The position numbers and the translations under genes were made by a program. Below, in pieces: positions 1 through 10,738 of a stretch of 64,000 bases of DNA. The notes beneath the pieces were generated by a model. That model was not told where the DNA came from and searched no databases. It saw only the letters and a list, made by a program, of their open reading frames with translations. Location: the NCBI GenBank assembly GCA_963795855.1, contig CAWCIZ010000001.1:448001-512000 (forward strand), in the 5' to 3' direction. This DNA is from Vulcanimicrobiota bacterium (GTDB lineage: Bacteria > Vulcanimicrobiota > Vulcanimicrobiia > Vulcanimicrobiales > Vulcanimicrobiaceae). Position 1 is the first letter of the stretch, and every line of letters starts with the position of its first letter.

Positions 1-5
1 CTAAC

Positions 6-1250
6 ATGCCGTCGGTCGAAATTCTCGCCGTGGGGACGGAATTGCTTCTCGGGCAACTCGTCGATACGAACAGCTCGTACGTCGCGCGGTCGCTCGCGGA
101 ATGCGGCGTCGACGTCTATGCAACGCATGCGGTGGGCGACAATCGCGCGCGAATCGCCGCGGCACTGCGAGCGGCACTGGATCGCGCCGACGGCGTGATT
201 GCAACCGGCGGATTGGGGCCGACGATCGACGATCTCACGAAGGAAGCCGTTTGCGATGCCCTGGGCGTCGGCACCGAGGAGGACGAAGCGTCGCTGCGCG
301 CGATGGAAGCGCTGTTCCAGCGTCAGGGCCGCACGATGCAAGAGAACAACCGCAAACAAGCGCAAGTCCCGCGCGCAAGCATCGTGATGGCGAATCCGAA
401 CGGAACGGCGCCCGGCTTCATCGCAACGCGCGAGGACGGCAAATTCATCGCATGCATGCCGGGGGTCCCGCGCGAGATGAAACCGATGCTGCACGAGCGG
501 CTCCTGCCGTTTCTGCGTGCGCGCTTGCACCTGACGGATGCGATTTACACGCGCGTTTTGCATACGATCGACATCGCGGAGTCGGAGATCGACCATCGCA
601 TCGACGATCTGTTTCGAAGCCTGGAGAATCCCAAGATTGCCGTCCTGGCGCACGACTACCGGTGCGACGTGAAAATCATGTCGAAAGCGCCGTCGAAAGA
701 GACGGCGCGCGCGCAGACCGCTCCGGTAGAAACTGCGTTGCTCGAGCGGCTGCACGGTCACGTCTACGCGTTCGACGAACAGACGTTACCCGGCGCGATT
801 CACGCGTTGCTGCAGCAATCCGGTATGAGTGCCGCGGTCGCCGAATCATGCACGGGCGGTTCGATTTGCGCGGAGCTTGCGGGTATGCCGGGCGCTTCGA
901 ACAGTTTCGCGGGCGGCGTGGTTGCGTACGACAATCGCGTCAAAACCGGTATACTCGGCGTGCAACCCTCGACACTCGAGCGTGCCGGCGCCGTCAGCGA
1001 AGAAACGGCGCTTGAAATGGTGCAGGGCGTTCGGGCAGCACTTGGCGCGGACGTAGGAATTGCGACCACCGGAATCGCCGGTCCGTCCGGAGGAACGCCC
1101 GGCAAACCGGTCGGTCTCGTGTGGCTTGCGGTCGGCAACGCCACGGGTATACGGACCGCGCAGCTCAACCTGCCGGGGAATCGGACGGCAATCCAACGCC
1201 GGGCAACCATAGCGGCGCTCGGTCTGCTCTGGCGTTTCTTGCGTTGGTAA
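6..1250 (+). CDS. cinA: Competence/damage-inducible protein CinA (molybdopterin-binding-like domain + PncC NMN deamidase domain)
   Basis: N-terminal VGTELLLGQLVDTN and TGGLGPTIDDLT; C-terminal AESCTGG and TGIAGPSGG..KPVG motifs. Confidence 0.95.
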   Translation: MPSVEILAVGTELLLGQLVDTNSSYVARSLAECGVDVYATHAVGDNRARIAAALRAALDRADGVIATGGLGPTIDDLTKEAVCDALGVGTEEDEASLRAMEALFQRQGRTMQENNRKQAQVPRASIVMANPNGTAPGFIATREDGKFIACMPGVPREMKPMLHERLLPFLRARLHLTDAIYTRVLHTIDIAESEIDHRIDDLFRSLENPKIAVLAHDYRCDVKIMSKAPSKETARAQTAPVETALLERLHGHVYAFDEQTLPGAIHALLQQSGMSAAVAESCTGGSICAELAGMPGASNSFAGGVVAYDNRVKTGILGVQPSTLERAGAVSEETALEMVQGVRAALGADVGIATTGIAGPSGGTPGKPVGLVWLAVGNATGIRTAQLNLPGNRTAIQRRATIAALGLLWRFLRW

Positions 1251-1286
1251 TGTAGCCTCTGCCCCCTCGCCGGGAAGAATGGCGAG

Positions 1287-2798
1287 GTGAAGCGCATGAT
1301 CGAACGGTCCCTCGCAGCCATTGCGGCCATCGCCATACCTTTGGCTTTTGCCTCGTGCGGCGGCGGCGGCGGTTCCACCGGCACGCCGACGGTACCGGTA
1401 CCGGTGCCGACAACCACGACGAATCCCGCTCCCGGCCCGCAGTCGGCCGATGCGTGTCCGACGAGCGGCGCAAGCGTCGCAATTGCGCGTGCGTCGATGC
1501 AAGGCGAGGCGAGGCGAATTGCCGCAAGCGCAGACAGAGGCGCACGGTACGTGCCCGGCATGGTCGTGTATACCGATAATCGCGGCGGCACGCGCGTCGA
1601 GTCCGTCGATCCCGCGCGCGTCGCGGGTGAAGTCGCGCGCTTGCACGCGGTGGCCGGCGTGCGCAACGTGCAACTCGCGCAGTACCGCCGATCTTTGTCC
1701 GTAACGCCGAACGATCCGTATTACGACGGGTTTGGACCCGGCGCGCCCTACTACGAGTCGAGCACTCAGCCCGGACAATGGGACATGCACGTCATGGGCG
1801 TAAGCGCTGCATGGTCGTCGGTAGAAAACGGCGCACCGATCGCAATCGTCGACACGGGCGTCGACGTCACGCATCCCGATCTCTCGGGCAAAGTCGTCTA
1901 CGCTCGCTGTTTCGTCACGTACCCAACGAGCGCGGCGCAAACGACGGGCTCGTACGTCACCGACATGGACGGACACGGCACGGACGTTGCCGGAATCGCG
2001 TCGGCCGATACGAACAACGCGTTTGGATTTTCCGGCGCCGGCTTCAACGCGCCGCTGCTGGCGTATCGAATCTTTCCGACGCCGCCGAGCAGCGGGTGCA
2101 CCTCGTCCTCCAAAAATCCGCAATGCGATACGACCGACGTGGACGAAGCCAGCGCGATAAACGACGCCGTCGCGCACGGTGCGCACGTGATCAATCTCAG
2201 CCTCGGTGCTCCTGGTCCGCTCTCGAACTGCACGGACACGCTCGAGGAGAATGCCGTCGAGAACGCGATTTCGCACGGCGTCGTCGTCGTCGCGGCATCG
2301 GGCAATGAATCGGCCAACCATCTCGATTGCCCCGCAGCGTATCCCGGTGTGATCGCCGTCGGTGCATCCGCGCTCAAAGGTTCCGGTAACGCCGTAAGCG
2401 AGGGCGTCGCGAGTTACTCGAACTGGGTGGCCGCCGCTGGGCCCGGCGCCGGCGGCGCGTATCTGGTTGCACCTGGAGGCGATCCGGCCGGATCCTCCGA
2501 CGCCGACGATCTGCATTGGATAGAGAATATCTATTCCAGCACCGCGATTGGCGGAACGGACTGCGCGTTGGACCAGGCGGGTCAATCCGGCGACTGCCGC
2601 GTGCTGATTGCGGGCACTTCGCAAGCGACGCCGCACGTGGCTGGCGTGGCGGCGCTGATGCTCGGACTGCGCCCGAACCTTACTCCGGCCCAGATTGCAG
2701 CAGACTTATGCGCGACCGCGACGAAGATCGGCGGCAGCAAACAAGGTTGTGGCCGTTTGAACGCGGCGGCTGCGGTGGCGCGAGCGGCATCGCAGTAG
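1287..2798 (+). CDS. S8 (subtilisin-like) serine peptidase, predicted lipoprotein
   Basis: Lipobox-like FASC-GGGG and PT linker; catalytic motifs IVDTG, HGTDVAG, ASGN, GTSQATPHV. Confidence 0.9.
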   Translation: MKRMIERSLAAIAAIAIPLAFASCGGGGGSTGTPTVPVPVPTTTTNPAPGPQSADACPTSGASVAIARASMQGEARRIAASADRGARYVPGMVVYTDNRGGTRVESVDPARVAGEVARLHAVAGVRNVQLAQYRRSLSVTPNDPYYDGFGPGAPYYESSTQPGQWDMHVMGVSAAWSSVENGAPIAIVDTGVDVTHPDLSGKVVYARCFVTYPTSAAQTTGSYVTDMDGHGTDVAGIASADTNNAFGFSGAGFNAPLLAYRIFPTPPSSGCTSSSKNPQCDTTDVDEASAINDAVAHGAHVINLSLGAPGPLSNCTDTLEENAVENAISHGVVVVAASGNESANHLDCPAAYPGVIAVGASALKGSGNAVSEGVASYSNWVAAAGPGAGGAYLVAPGGDPAGSSDADDLHWIENIYSSTAIGGTDCALDQAGQSGDCRVLIAGTSQATPHVAGVAALMLGLRPNLTPAQIAADLCATATKIGGSKQGCGRLNAAAAVARAASQ

Positions 2799-2822
2799 CC
2801 CGGCCGCGGCAAGGAGGGCGCG

Positions 2823-4463
2823 GTGCGAAAAATTCTGGCATTGATAGGCGTGCTCGCGCTGGGCGCGTGCGGTGGGGGTTCCGGCTCGAACGGGGGTCCG
2901 CCGCCTACGCCGCCGCCCACACCGACACCGTTGCCTACGAACGGCACCACCTCGCCGGCGTCGTTGCTGTGCACGACCTCCGGTGCGGCGCAATCGATCT
3001 CGCACCGTACGGATGCCGCGATTCCGAAGCGCGCGCCCGCCGCGGGCGTCAAAGGCGGACGTGTCCCGGGGCTAATCGAGGTAACCTACGACCGCGCGAC
3101 GTTTGCGCGATCGCAGAACGCGATACGGCAGATGCACGCGGGCACCGGCGCAACGCTGCAAAGAACGCTCGACTTTCCCGCCCTTGCGCACGTCGTGCAG
3201 GTCCTTCGCGTCGATCCCTCACGTGAAGATGCGATAATCCGAACCTTGCGATCGTCGGCACTGGTGCGCGGCGTCTCTGTTGGTGCGTATCGCCGCCTGC
3301 AATCGACGGACGCGACGTCGGCGTTTCCGAACGATCCGTTTTTCGACGGGTTCACGCCGGGCAACGTTCCGCCGTTGTACCAAACCGCATCGACGGGCGG
3401 CGAATGGGACACGCACGTCATGTGCGCGGCAAATGCATGGGCTTATGGTGAAAGCAACAGCACTGGAAAGACGTTTCCGGGAGCACTCGGCGGCACCGCT
3501 GCGATCGCCATCGTCGACACCGGCGCGGATCTGACTCATCCGGACCTGAACGGCCGCGTCGTGTACGCGGAAACCGATTTGAACGGCGTGGCGACGCCGG
3601 ACCTGGCGACAATGCACGACAACGACGGTCACGGTACCGATATTGCGGGCATCGCCGGTGCAGCCGGAAACAACGCCTTCGGTTTTACTGGCATAGCGTA
3701 TGCCGCTCCGCTCATGATTTTCAAAGTCTTTCCCGATCCGCCGAGCGGCGGATGCGCGCCGGGATCGACGAGTTCGCAATGCACTGCGCTCGGCTCGGAC
3801 GTCGGTCTCGCGATCGATGACGCGGTGAGCCAAGGCGCGAAAGTCATCAATCTGAGTTTAGGCGACACCTCGCCGGACACGGCCGAGGAGAATGCGGTTG
3901 CCGCCGCAATTGGGGCGGGCGTGGTGGTGGTTGCCGCAAGCGGCAACGGAAGTTCGGCGAATATCGGACAGCCGTCACTCGACTATCCCGCCGCCGATCC
4001 CGGCGTTATCGCGGTCGGTGCGTCGACGATCGACGATTCGAATCCATCGGCGATCGGCGAGAAAGTGGCGTCGTACTCGAATTACGATTCGGCGAACTCC
4101 GCGGCATGGGGCGTCGTGGCGCCCGGCGGCGATCCGGCCGGCAATAGCGATCCCGATGATTTGCACTGGATCGAGAACATCTATACCAGCACCGCGGCCG
4201 ACGGAACGTCGGGCGCCGCGTGCCGTCCGGATCCCGGCAGTTTGTCCGCCAACGATTGCCGCATCTTCATCGCCGGAACGTCGCAAGCGACGCCGCACGT
4301 CGCCGCGGCCGCGTCGCTTCTGCTCAGCGTCGGCGCGTCGGCAGCCTCGGTCCCCGGTTTGTTGTGTGCGACTGCGGTTCCGATTCCCGGCGGCAAGGCC
4401 GGCTGCGGACGCGTAGACGCGTACAAGGCGCTCGCGCGAGCGGTCGGCGATCCGAATCCATAA
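2823..4463 (+). CDS. S8 serine peptidase, predicted lipoprotein (tandem paralogue)
   Basis: LGAC-GGG lipobox; IVDTG, HGTDIAG, GTSQATPHV; shares DDLHWIENIY with the upstream gene. Confidence 0.9.
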   Translation: MRKILALIGVLALGACGGGSGSNGGPPPTPPPTPTPLPTNGTTSPASLLCTTSGAAQSISHRTDAAIPKRAPAAGVKGGRVPGLIEVTYDRATFARSQNAIRQMHAGTGATLQRTLDFPALAHVVQVLRVDPSREDAIIRTLRSSALVRGVSVGAYRRLQSTDATSAFPNDPFFDGFTPGNVPPLYQTASTGGEWDTHVMCAANAWAYGESNSTGKTFPGALGGTAAIAIVDTGADLTHPDLNGRVVYAETDLNGVATPDLATMHDNDGHGTDIAGIAGAAGNNAFGFTGIAYAAPLMIFKVFPDPPSGGCAPGSTSSQCTALGSDVGLAIDDAVSQGAKVINLSLGDTSPDTAEENAVAAAIGAGVVVVAASGNGSSANIGQPSLDYPAADPGVIAVGASTIDDSNPSAIGEKVASYSNYDSANSAAWGVVAPGGDPAGNSDPDDLHWIENIYTSTAADGTSGAACRPDPGSLSANDCRIFIAGTSQATPHVAAAASLLLSVGASAASVPGLLCATAVPIPGGKAGCGRVDAYKALARAVGDPNP

Positions 4464-4495
4464 AAAAGGAATCGCCGCACGTCCGCGGCGATTCC
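4462..4495 (-). terminator. Intrinsic terminator between convergent genes
   Basis: GGAATCGCCGC...GCGGCGATTCC stem; the A6 run on + gives a U-tract on the - strand. Confidence 0.7.
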
Positions 4496-4517
4496 GGGAT
4501 TTCGCACGGAGAGGTAA

Positions 4518-5528
4518 TCAGAAGAAGCAGCCGTGCGTCGCGTTCGAGTATTCGGGTTGAATCAGGTACTGGTGTCCGTTTAGATTCTCGTACGCGCGAT
4601 AGCCGATGCACGTGTCGCCGATTTCATATCCGAAGTTGTCGTTGTACCAGCCGCTTCCCGGATCGGGGTCCGAGATTGCTTCGGATTGTTCGTGCGAGAG
4701 CGCGCTCGCAGTGTCGTCGATCGGCGTCGGGTTCGGCGTCGTCAGTCCCGGGAAATCGTCGCCGCAGCCCGGGGTGTGCTGATACGGTATCACGGTGAAC
4801 AGCACGTGCCCGATGTCGGAGAACGTGATGCTGCCGTGGTAGGCGCAGAACGTAAACGTCGGCGGGTTATCCGGGGAATAGCACGACGTCGTCAGGTCGA
4901 TGCACGTGTCGAGCCCCTGCGCCAAGAAGAGATTGTAGGTATTGCCGTATCCCGTCGCCTTCGTGTGCGCGGCAGCGGCGTGCAGGACTGTGAAAAGTTC
5001 GTTCTGCGAGATGACGTTGGAAAATGCCGCAAGATTCACGCTGTACGTGTACGGATAGACCGGATAGCGATTGCTCGCCGACGCGCCGGTGTACTGATCC
5101 AGAACGTGGATGAACGAACTGCGGCTGAAATTGGCTTGGAACGTTTGAGGCGTTCCGACCGCCGCGGCAGTCGTGTCGATGAAGACTTCATGCTGCAGCG
5201 ACGCCGGAAGCACGGCGCCGCCGTGGTAGTTCACGTCGACGGGATAGACGGTTGCCATCGCCTTGCGCACGGTGCCCTTTTGCACCGGCAGGACGTGGTA
5301 CTTGAACGCGCTGTACGACGGAAGCGCCGCGACCATCGACCGGGTAATATTGAGCGTCGTGGAACCGCTCGACGGAGCCGGCTGCGAGAGCGCCGGCTGC
5401 TGCGGCGCGGCGACTTGAGGCAGCGACGAATTACCGCCTCCGGAACACGCGGTCAGCAGCGATGCGATACATGCAGCGGCAAACGCGCTGCTAAAACCAA
5501 CGCGAATGCGAAGCGTCTTGGAGTCCAT
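4518..5528 (-). CDS. Lipoprotein with Phi-1/EXORDIUM-like domain
   Basis: LTAC-SGGG lipobox; YHGGAVL, FCAYHGS and SHEQSEAISDP..GWY..EIGDTC motifs resemble the phosphate-induced protein 1 family. Confidence 0.65.
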   Translation of the reverse strand: MDSKTLRIRVGFSSAFAAACIASLLTACSGGGNSSLPQVAAPQQPALSQPAPSSGSTTLNITRSMVAALPSYSAFKYHVLPVQKGTVRKAMATVYPVDVNYHGGAVLPASLQHEVFIDTTAAAVGTPQTFQANFSRSSFIHVLDQYTGASASNRYPVYPYTYSVNLAAFSNVISQNELFTVLHAAAAHTKATGYGNTYNLFLAQGLDTCIDLTTSCYSPDNPPTFTFCAYHGSITFSDIGHVLFTVIPYQHTPGCGDDFPGLTTPNPTPIDDTASALSHEQSEAISDPDPGSGWYNDNFGYEIGDTCIGYRAYENLNGHQYLIQPEYSNATHGCFF

Positions 5529-5622
5529 GCGATCCTCCCTTTGGACACACGTGGCCGGATTCGGCCTAGAGAAATGCTAGCAACTTCGGAAAAGCTGCAT
5601 TTGAGGCGTGCGCCCCGATTCG

Positions 5623-6657
5623 TTAGGAAGAACGGCGCGCGCCGTACCCGATGGACTCAAGGACGCGTTGCGTCGCTACGGCGTCGGCGAAAGTCGGGAC
5701 GGCACTCGTGCCGGTGCGGATCTGCTTTGCGAATTCGTCGAGCAGTTCCATGATGAACGGCACGTGCCGATCGACCGACGAAAAGCGCGCGTACGGCGAA
5801 GGCTTCACCTCGAGTTCGTTCGTTTCTTCGTCGTCGACGCTGAACAGGCGCATATCGTCGAAGTCCGTTCCGCTTGCTACGGCCGTCCGATTTTCGCCGT
5901 GCGCGGCAAGCGTGAAGGATTCGATGGAGGTCGTTGCGTCGACGCTCACGCGAGCAGTAATGCCGTCACCGTAGTCGATGATCGCCCAGCACCCGTCGTC
6001 GACCGTGCTCGTGAACGTTCCTTGCGCGTCATCGCGCCGCGGATTGGCCGTCCGAAGAAAGCCCGTGCTGCGAACCGGTGCCCGGCCCGCGAGCCAGTTC
6101 GCGCCGTCGATCAGGTGCGAGAGCAGCGCGCCCGCCATCCCGCCGCCGCAGTCGCGATCGAACCACCAAGAGCGCGGCCGTTCCACTTCGGCGCGCAGAC
6201 GATTGGAAAGCTGCGTCATTTCGATTTCCCGCAACGGCGCGATGTGGCCGTTTTCGACGAGCTCCTTCACCGCGAGCCGCTGCGGAACCCAGCGAAACTC
6301 GTGCATGACGGCCGCTGCGGTTCCGGCGCGCAGCGCCGCGGCCTGCATATCCTCCGCCTGCGCGACGTCCAGTGCGAACGGCTTCTCGCAGATCACGTGT
6401 TTTCCGGCTTCAAGGGCTGCCGTGACGTCCGCCTGATGCGTGAACGGCGGAGCGGCGATCGAAACGACGTCGACGTCCGCGCCCTCGAGCAAATCCCTGC
6501 ACGTTTTGAACGCGCGCGGAATGCCGCGCTCGCCCGCGATGCGCTCGGCGTTGTTGGGCGATGCGAGCGCGACGACTTCGAATTCGGAATGCGCGGTGAA
6601 CGCGGGCAGATGTGCGCGAACCCCGAAGCCGGCGCCGACGATTCCTACTTTATACAC
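5623..6657 (-). CDS. Gfo/Idh/MocA family oxidoreductase
   Basis: KVGIVGAGF Rossmann motif, GKHVICEKP, GGGMAGALLSHLID. Confidence 0.9.
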   Translation of the reverse strand: MYKVGIVGAGFGVRAHLPAFTAHSEFEVVALASPNNAERIAGERGIPRAFKTCRDLLEGADVDVVSIAAPPFTHQADVTAALEAGKHVICEKPFALDVAQAEDMQAAALRAGTAAAVMHEFRWVPQRLAVKELVENGHIAPLREIEMTQLSNRLRAEVERPRSWWFDRDCGGGMAGALLSHLIDGANWLAGRAPVRSTGFLRTANPRRDDAQGTFTSTVDDGCWAIIDYGDGITARVSVDATTSIESFTLAAHGENRTAVASGTDFDDMRLFSVDDEETNELEVKPSPYARFSSVDRHVPFIMELLDEFAKQIRTGTSAVPTFADAVATQRVLESIGYGARRSS

Positions 6658-7940
6658 GCGCTGATGACGTCCACCGCGCGGAAGAGTTGCTCCTGCGAGA
6701 TCACGAGCGGCGGCGTAATGGAGACGACGTTGCCTTGCGGGCCCGCTTGCAGCAGGATGACGCCCGCTTTGAGTGCGTCCTTGACGACGCGTTCGGCGGT
6801 TCGCGCGTCATCGAATTCGACGCCCCACATCAGTCCGAGCCCGCGTACTGCCGCAACTTTGCCGTCGGCGCGCAGCGCATCCAGACGTCCGCCGAGCATG
6901 CCGCCAAGCCGCGCTGCCGCCTGCGGCAACTGCAAACGTTCGATTTCGCCGAGATTTGCGAGTGCGGCGGCGCAGCCCATCGGATTTCCGAGATACGTCG
7001 ACGTGTGCAGTGCCTCGCCGGGCGATTCCGGCCACACGTCCATGATCGCCGGACGCGCGACGATCGCAGAGATGGGAAACCCGTTCGCCATCGCTTTTCC
7101 GATGCAAAGGATGTCGGGCACGACGCCGTCGTGCTCGCACGCGAACAGCGCTCCGGTTCGTCCGAAACCGGTATAGATTTCGTCGACGATCAGGAGCAAG
7201 CCCAACGAATCGCAGATGTCGCGAAGTCCTTTGAGGTATCCGCGCGGCGGCACGATGCAGCCGCCCCGGCCTTGCATCGGTTCCACGATCACCGCGGCCA
7301 AGTCGCTGCGCGCGGCAAGCGCGTCTTTCGCCTCGCGCAACGCCGCGGCGGCCCCTTCGTCGGCGAGCGCCGGGTTCGCGCGCGGATACTCCAAAAAAAC
7401 CGCGTTGTCGGGGACGAACTGTGCGAACGGTTCGCGAAACTTTGGAATGCCGGAAACCGCGAGCGTCCCGAGCGAAAGACCGTGATAGGCGCCGGAATAT
7501 GCGGCAAACGAACTTTTGCCGGTCGCGAGCATTGCGGTCTTGAGTGCTGCCTCCACCGCTTCGGCGCCGGTCGATGCGAGAAACGTTTTGCTCAAGTCGC
7601 CGGGTGCGATGTTCGCGAGCGCTTCCAACAGTCGCACTTTCACTTCGGTCGGGTGGACGTCGCCCATGCCGTGCATCAATCGGACCGCCTGATCGTGAAT
7701 CGCCGCCGCGACGTACGGATTACAGTGACCGGTATTCGCCACGCCGAACGCGCCGGTGAGATCGATGTAGCGGTTGCCGTCCACGTCGGTGACCGTCGCG
7801 CCCGAGGCTGATTCCCAAAAGATTGGAAAGTCGGCGTCGACGAAGGTGACGTTTCGCGATTCGAACGCGCGAAGCGCGGGTGCGAGCTCGCGCGATCGCG
7901 GTCCCGGCACCGATGTGCGGATGTCCTCGAAATCCGTCAA
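6645..7940 (-). CDS. Class III PLP-dependent (omega) aminotransferase
   Basis: DVDGNRYID, TGAEAVEAALK, YHG, EPMQGRGG, LIVDEIYTGFGRTG, PDILCIGKAMANG. Confidence 0.92.
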   Translation of the reverse strand: MTDFEDIRTSVPGPRSRELAPALRAFESRNVTFVDADFPIFWESASGATVTDVDGNRYIDLTGAFGVANTGHCNPYVAAAIHDQAVRLMHGMGDVHPTEVKVRLLEALANIAPGDLSKTFLASTGAEAVEAALKTAMLATGKSSFAAYSGAYHGLSLGTLAVSGIPKFREPFAQFVPDNAVFLEYPRANPALADEGAAAALREAKDALAARSDLAAVIVEPMQGRGGCIVPPRGYLKGLRDICDSLGLLLIVDEIYTGFGRTGALFACEHDGVVPDILCIGKAMANGFPISAIVARPAIMDVWPESPGEALHTSTYLGNPMGCAAALANLGEIERLQLPQAAARLGGMLGGRLDALRADGKVAAVRGLGLMWGVEFDDARTAERVVKDALKAGVILLQAGPQGNVVSITPPLVISQEQLFRAVDVISACIK

Positions 7941-9167
7941 AGCGTCTTGTCTATCCAGCGAACGAAGTGGACGATACGCGCGCGACCGCCGTGATCTCCC
8001 GCAAGCGGCGGGTGCTGCAGATCGCCGAAGCGCGTCAAACGCACCGCGCCTGCCCGCAGCGCGGCGTCTACCACGTCCGCGCGATCGGAAGAAATGGCGA
8101 AGCCTTCCAACGGCAACTCATGCCGGCGAACATACGCGACGGCGTCGGCCGGCCCATCTACGGCGACGATGCCGATGGTCCGAGGAAGAAACGGCGGCGC
8201 TTCGGACGGCGGTGCGTCGGCCATCACCGCGTATTCGGTCGCCGTGCCGGCAAAGACCGCGCCTTGTCCGCGCAGCCGCTCGAAAAGCGGCGAGATTGCG
8301 GCGCTGAGCGATCGCTGCCGCGGCCGCCGGATCGCGGCTGCCCACGGGAAACTCCACGTTCGCTTCTTCGATGCGCCGCGCGAGCAGTTCGCCGAATTGC
8401 GGGATCGACACGCATCCGCCGCGCTCGGCAAAGAGCGCGTGCAGCGAGAGACAGCCTTCGGTCTCGTAGAGCACGAGGTCGCGAGCGGCGCCGCGCGCGA
8501 CTGCCGACGCCGTTGCTTCGGACGCGAGCGATTCGCGCGTCACATACCCCGCGCTCGCGCGCGACCCATATCCGACGAATGTTGCGCCCGGAGCGAGCGA
8601 GGATCGAATCGCCCCAAGCGTATCGTCGCTGCCGAACGCAGCGACGACGTCGAACATGCGCAAATCTCGAGCGTTCTCCTCGCTATGCGACCATGCTTCG
8701 GCGCGTGCCGCCGCGCCGAATTCGGGTAGTTCGTGAGCCAGCGTGGTAAAGAACTCACGCAAGAGCGCGTCTTCGCGGTCTTTGACCACGACCTCGCATT
8801 TCGCACAGAGTGCGAATATCGAGGGAACGATTGCAACGCCGATCGTCGTGCGGCTGGAGATCACGCAAACGCTTCCCACCGGCGCTGCCCATGCATCGGG
8901 GCGGTTCGGACGCGGCGTAAAATCGTCGAGAATTTCGAGCGAGCCGAGTTCGCTGCAAATCGTGGCCCGCAAGTCTTCGCGTGTGATGGAAAAGAAGAGG
9001 CGGTCGAGCGCGTAGTCGACGACGGGGGCCGAGTAGCCGGTGCGCTCCGCGATGCGAGCCGTTACGCGCACGCGCGGCGGAAAATCGGCGTCGTTCCAGC
9101 GCTCCGCGCAGTCGGCGATGGCGTTTACGATCTTGTGCGCGGGTACGCCCGACAGCGCGGTCGTCAT
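7937..9167 (-). CDS. LuxC-like acyl-CoA/acyl-protein reductase (one frameshift near 8290)
   Basis: Reconstructed from ORFs 8118..9752 (from MTTALSG, ATG 9167) and 7937..8431; VAAFGSDDT, ETEGCLS (catalytic Cys region) and C-terminal R..RFG.LQ.P.L...HGG. Confidence 0.75.
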
Positions 9168-10255
9168 GCCTTCGAGAGCGCGCGCAATTGTTCCGAGTCC
9201 AAGGAACACCCGCGCAGCTCCGCGCCGCTCTCGCGGCCGATGAGGATGATTCCATCGCCGGAGGCGACGCCCAAGTCCCCGGTTTGAACGGCAATGCACG
9301 ACGACCGGTTGCCTAGGTCGACGTGGACGAGCGAACCGACGATTCCCTCCGGGAGCGTTTTCCCATCCGGTCCGACGACGCGCGCGCGCAGCCACGGCGG
9401 CGGCACCTTGACGCGCGGCTCTTTCGCATCCCCGGTGCGATCGTAATACTGACTCGTCAATTCCGTCATGCCGTATTCGGCGACGATGCGCTCGAACGGA
9501 ACATTGAAAAGGCGCGCGAGTTGCGCGTAGAGTTCGCCGCGTTCGACGACTCGCGTGCGTCCTTTGAATCCGCCGGTTTCCATGATACGCGATCCGGCGG
9601 CGAGCGGAAGCGTCGCGATCCCGCGGTCCGCTAATTCGTCGAGAAGGTTGACGAATGCGAAGGCCGTGCCTGCGACGCAAACTGCAGCGGAAACACTCCG
9701 CGCTTCCATGATGAAGCGGTCCGCATGCAGCACATCGCCGTCCAAATACCACCCGTCGTTTCCGTCGCCGAAAGTTTGAGAGACCTTACGCATCATGTAT
9801 CCGAGCGAGGACTGCGGCCGTTGTTCCGGGTTTGGAACCAGCAGCAGATAGCGCAGCGGCGCCGCGTCACGCAGCAGCGCGTCTTGAAAACCGGCGAGAA
9901 GCGCCGCATCGTACAGCGTTCGAGTCTCCATGTAATGCTTGCCGCCCACGCCTTGCGTCGTACCGCTGGTTTCGAACGCGAGCGCCGCGTCGGCGGGATC
10001 GAACGTACACAGAGCCGCCTCTTTGAACGCGCCGGCCGGTACGGGCGGAATCGCTTCCCAATCGCAAGGCAGTGCGTCGGGCGTTACGCCGATCGATGCG
10101 CAGTACCGTGCGTACGGCGCGTTATAACGCAGTTGATGCGCAAAGATGCGCAACGCGAGGTCGCGGAAATCGGGGACGCTGCGCCGCTCGATGCAGTGCA
10201 GAATTTCGGCATCGAGTCCATCCGCTTCGCTGCGGTACGCGTCTGGCGTACTCAC
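9164..10255 (-). CDS. LuxE-like acyl-protein synthetase
   Basis: GTG at 10255; FETSGTT, METGGFKGR, EYGMTELTSQYY, DLGNRSSC.AVQTGDLG and GR...AELRGCS motifs. Confidence 0.88.
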   Translation of the reverse strand: MSTPDAYRSEADGLDAEILHCIERRSVPDFRDLALRIFAHQLRYNAPYARYCASIGVTPDALPCDWEAIPPVPAGAFKEAALCTFDPADAALAFETSGTTQGVGGKHYMETRTLYDAALLAGFQDALLRDAAPLRYLLLVPNPEQRPQSSLGYMMRKVSQTFGDGNDGWYLDGDVLHADRFIMEARSVSAAVCVAGTAFAFVNLLDELADRGIATLPLAAGSRIMETGGFKGRTRVVERGELYAQLARLFNVPFERIVAEYGMTELTSQYYDRTGDAKEPRVKVPPPWLRARVVGPDGKTLPEGIVGSLVHVDLGNRSSCIAVQTGDLGVASGDGIILIGRESGAELRGCSLDSEQLRALSKA

Positions 10256-10738
10256 CGCGATAGCGCGCGGCGCCGGCTGGTGATGAGGCCGCTGTTCAGA
10301 CCGCTCGTTGAGAGACCGCCCGAAAGGCGAGCCCATTCCACTTTTATGCAGCGGTCGACGACGACTGCCAAACCCGCCTCGTCCGCCATGCGGATCGCCT
10401 CTTCGTTGACGATGCCGTACTGAAACCATACGGCTTTTGCGCCGGCGCCGATTGCGTCGCGAACGACGGCTACGACTTCGCTCGGTTTGCGAAACACGTC
10501 GACGATATCCGGCGCGCCCTTTTCTTGGGCGTACGCGGCCAGCGAGGCGTACGCCTTGACGCCGTCGATGCCGGTGAGCGTCGGATTGATGGGCGCGACG
10601 TCGAACGGCGTCATCGTGCGCAGATAGCTCGAACACCGTATAGCTCGGACGCAGCTGATTGGCGGATGCGCCAATCATCGCGACGGTTTTGCTGCGTTCC
10701 AAGAGATTGCGGCGTCCGGAAACGCTATCCACGATCAT
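10252..10738 (-). CDS. CoA-binding protein (YccU-like), frameshift near 10635
   Basis: N-half KTVAMIGAS..RPSY in one frame; C-half PINP..DIVDVFRK..AKAVWFQYG..DRCIKVE in another. Confidence 0.85.

Noticed and set aside
7937..10255. Bioluminescence (lux) operon
   Set aside because: No luxA/luxB/luxD/luxG in the window
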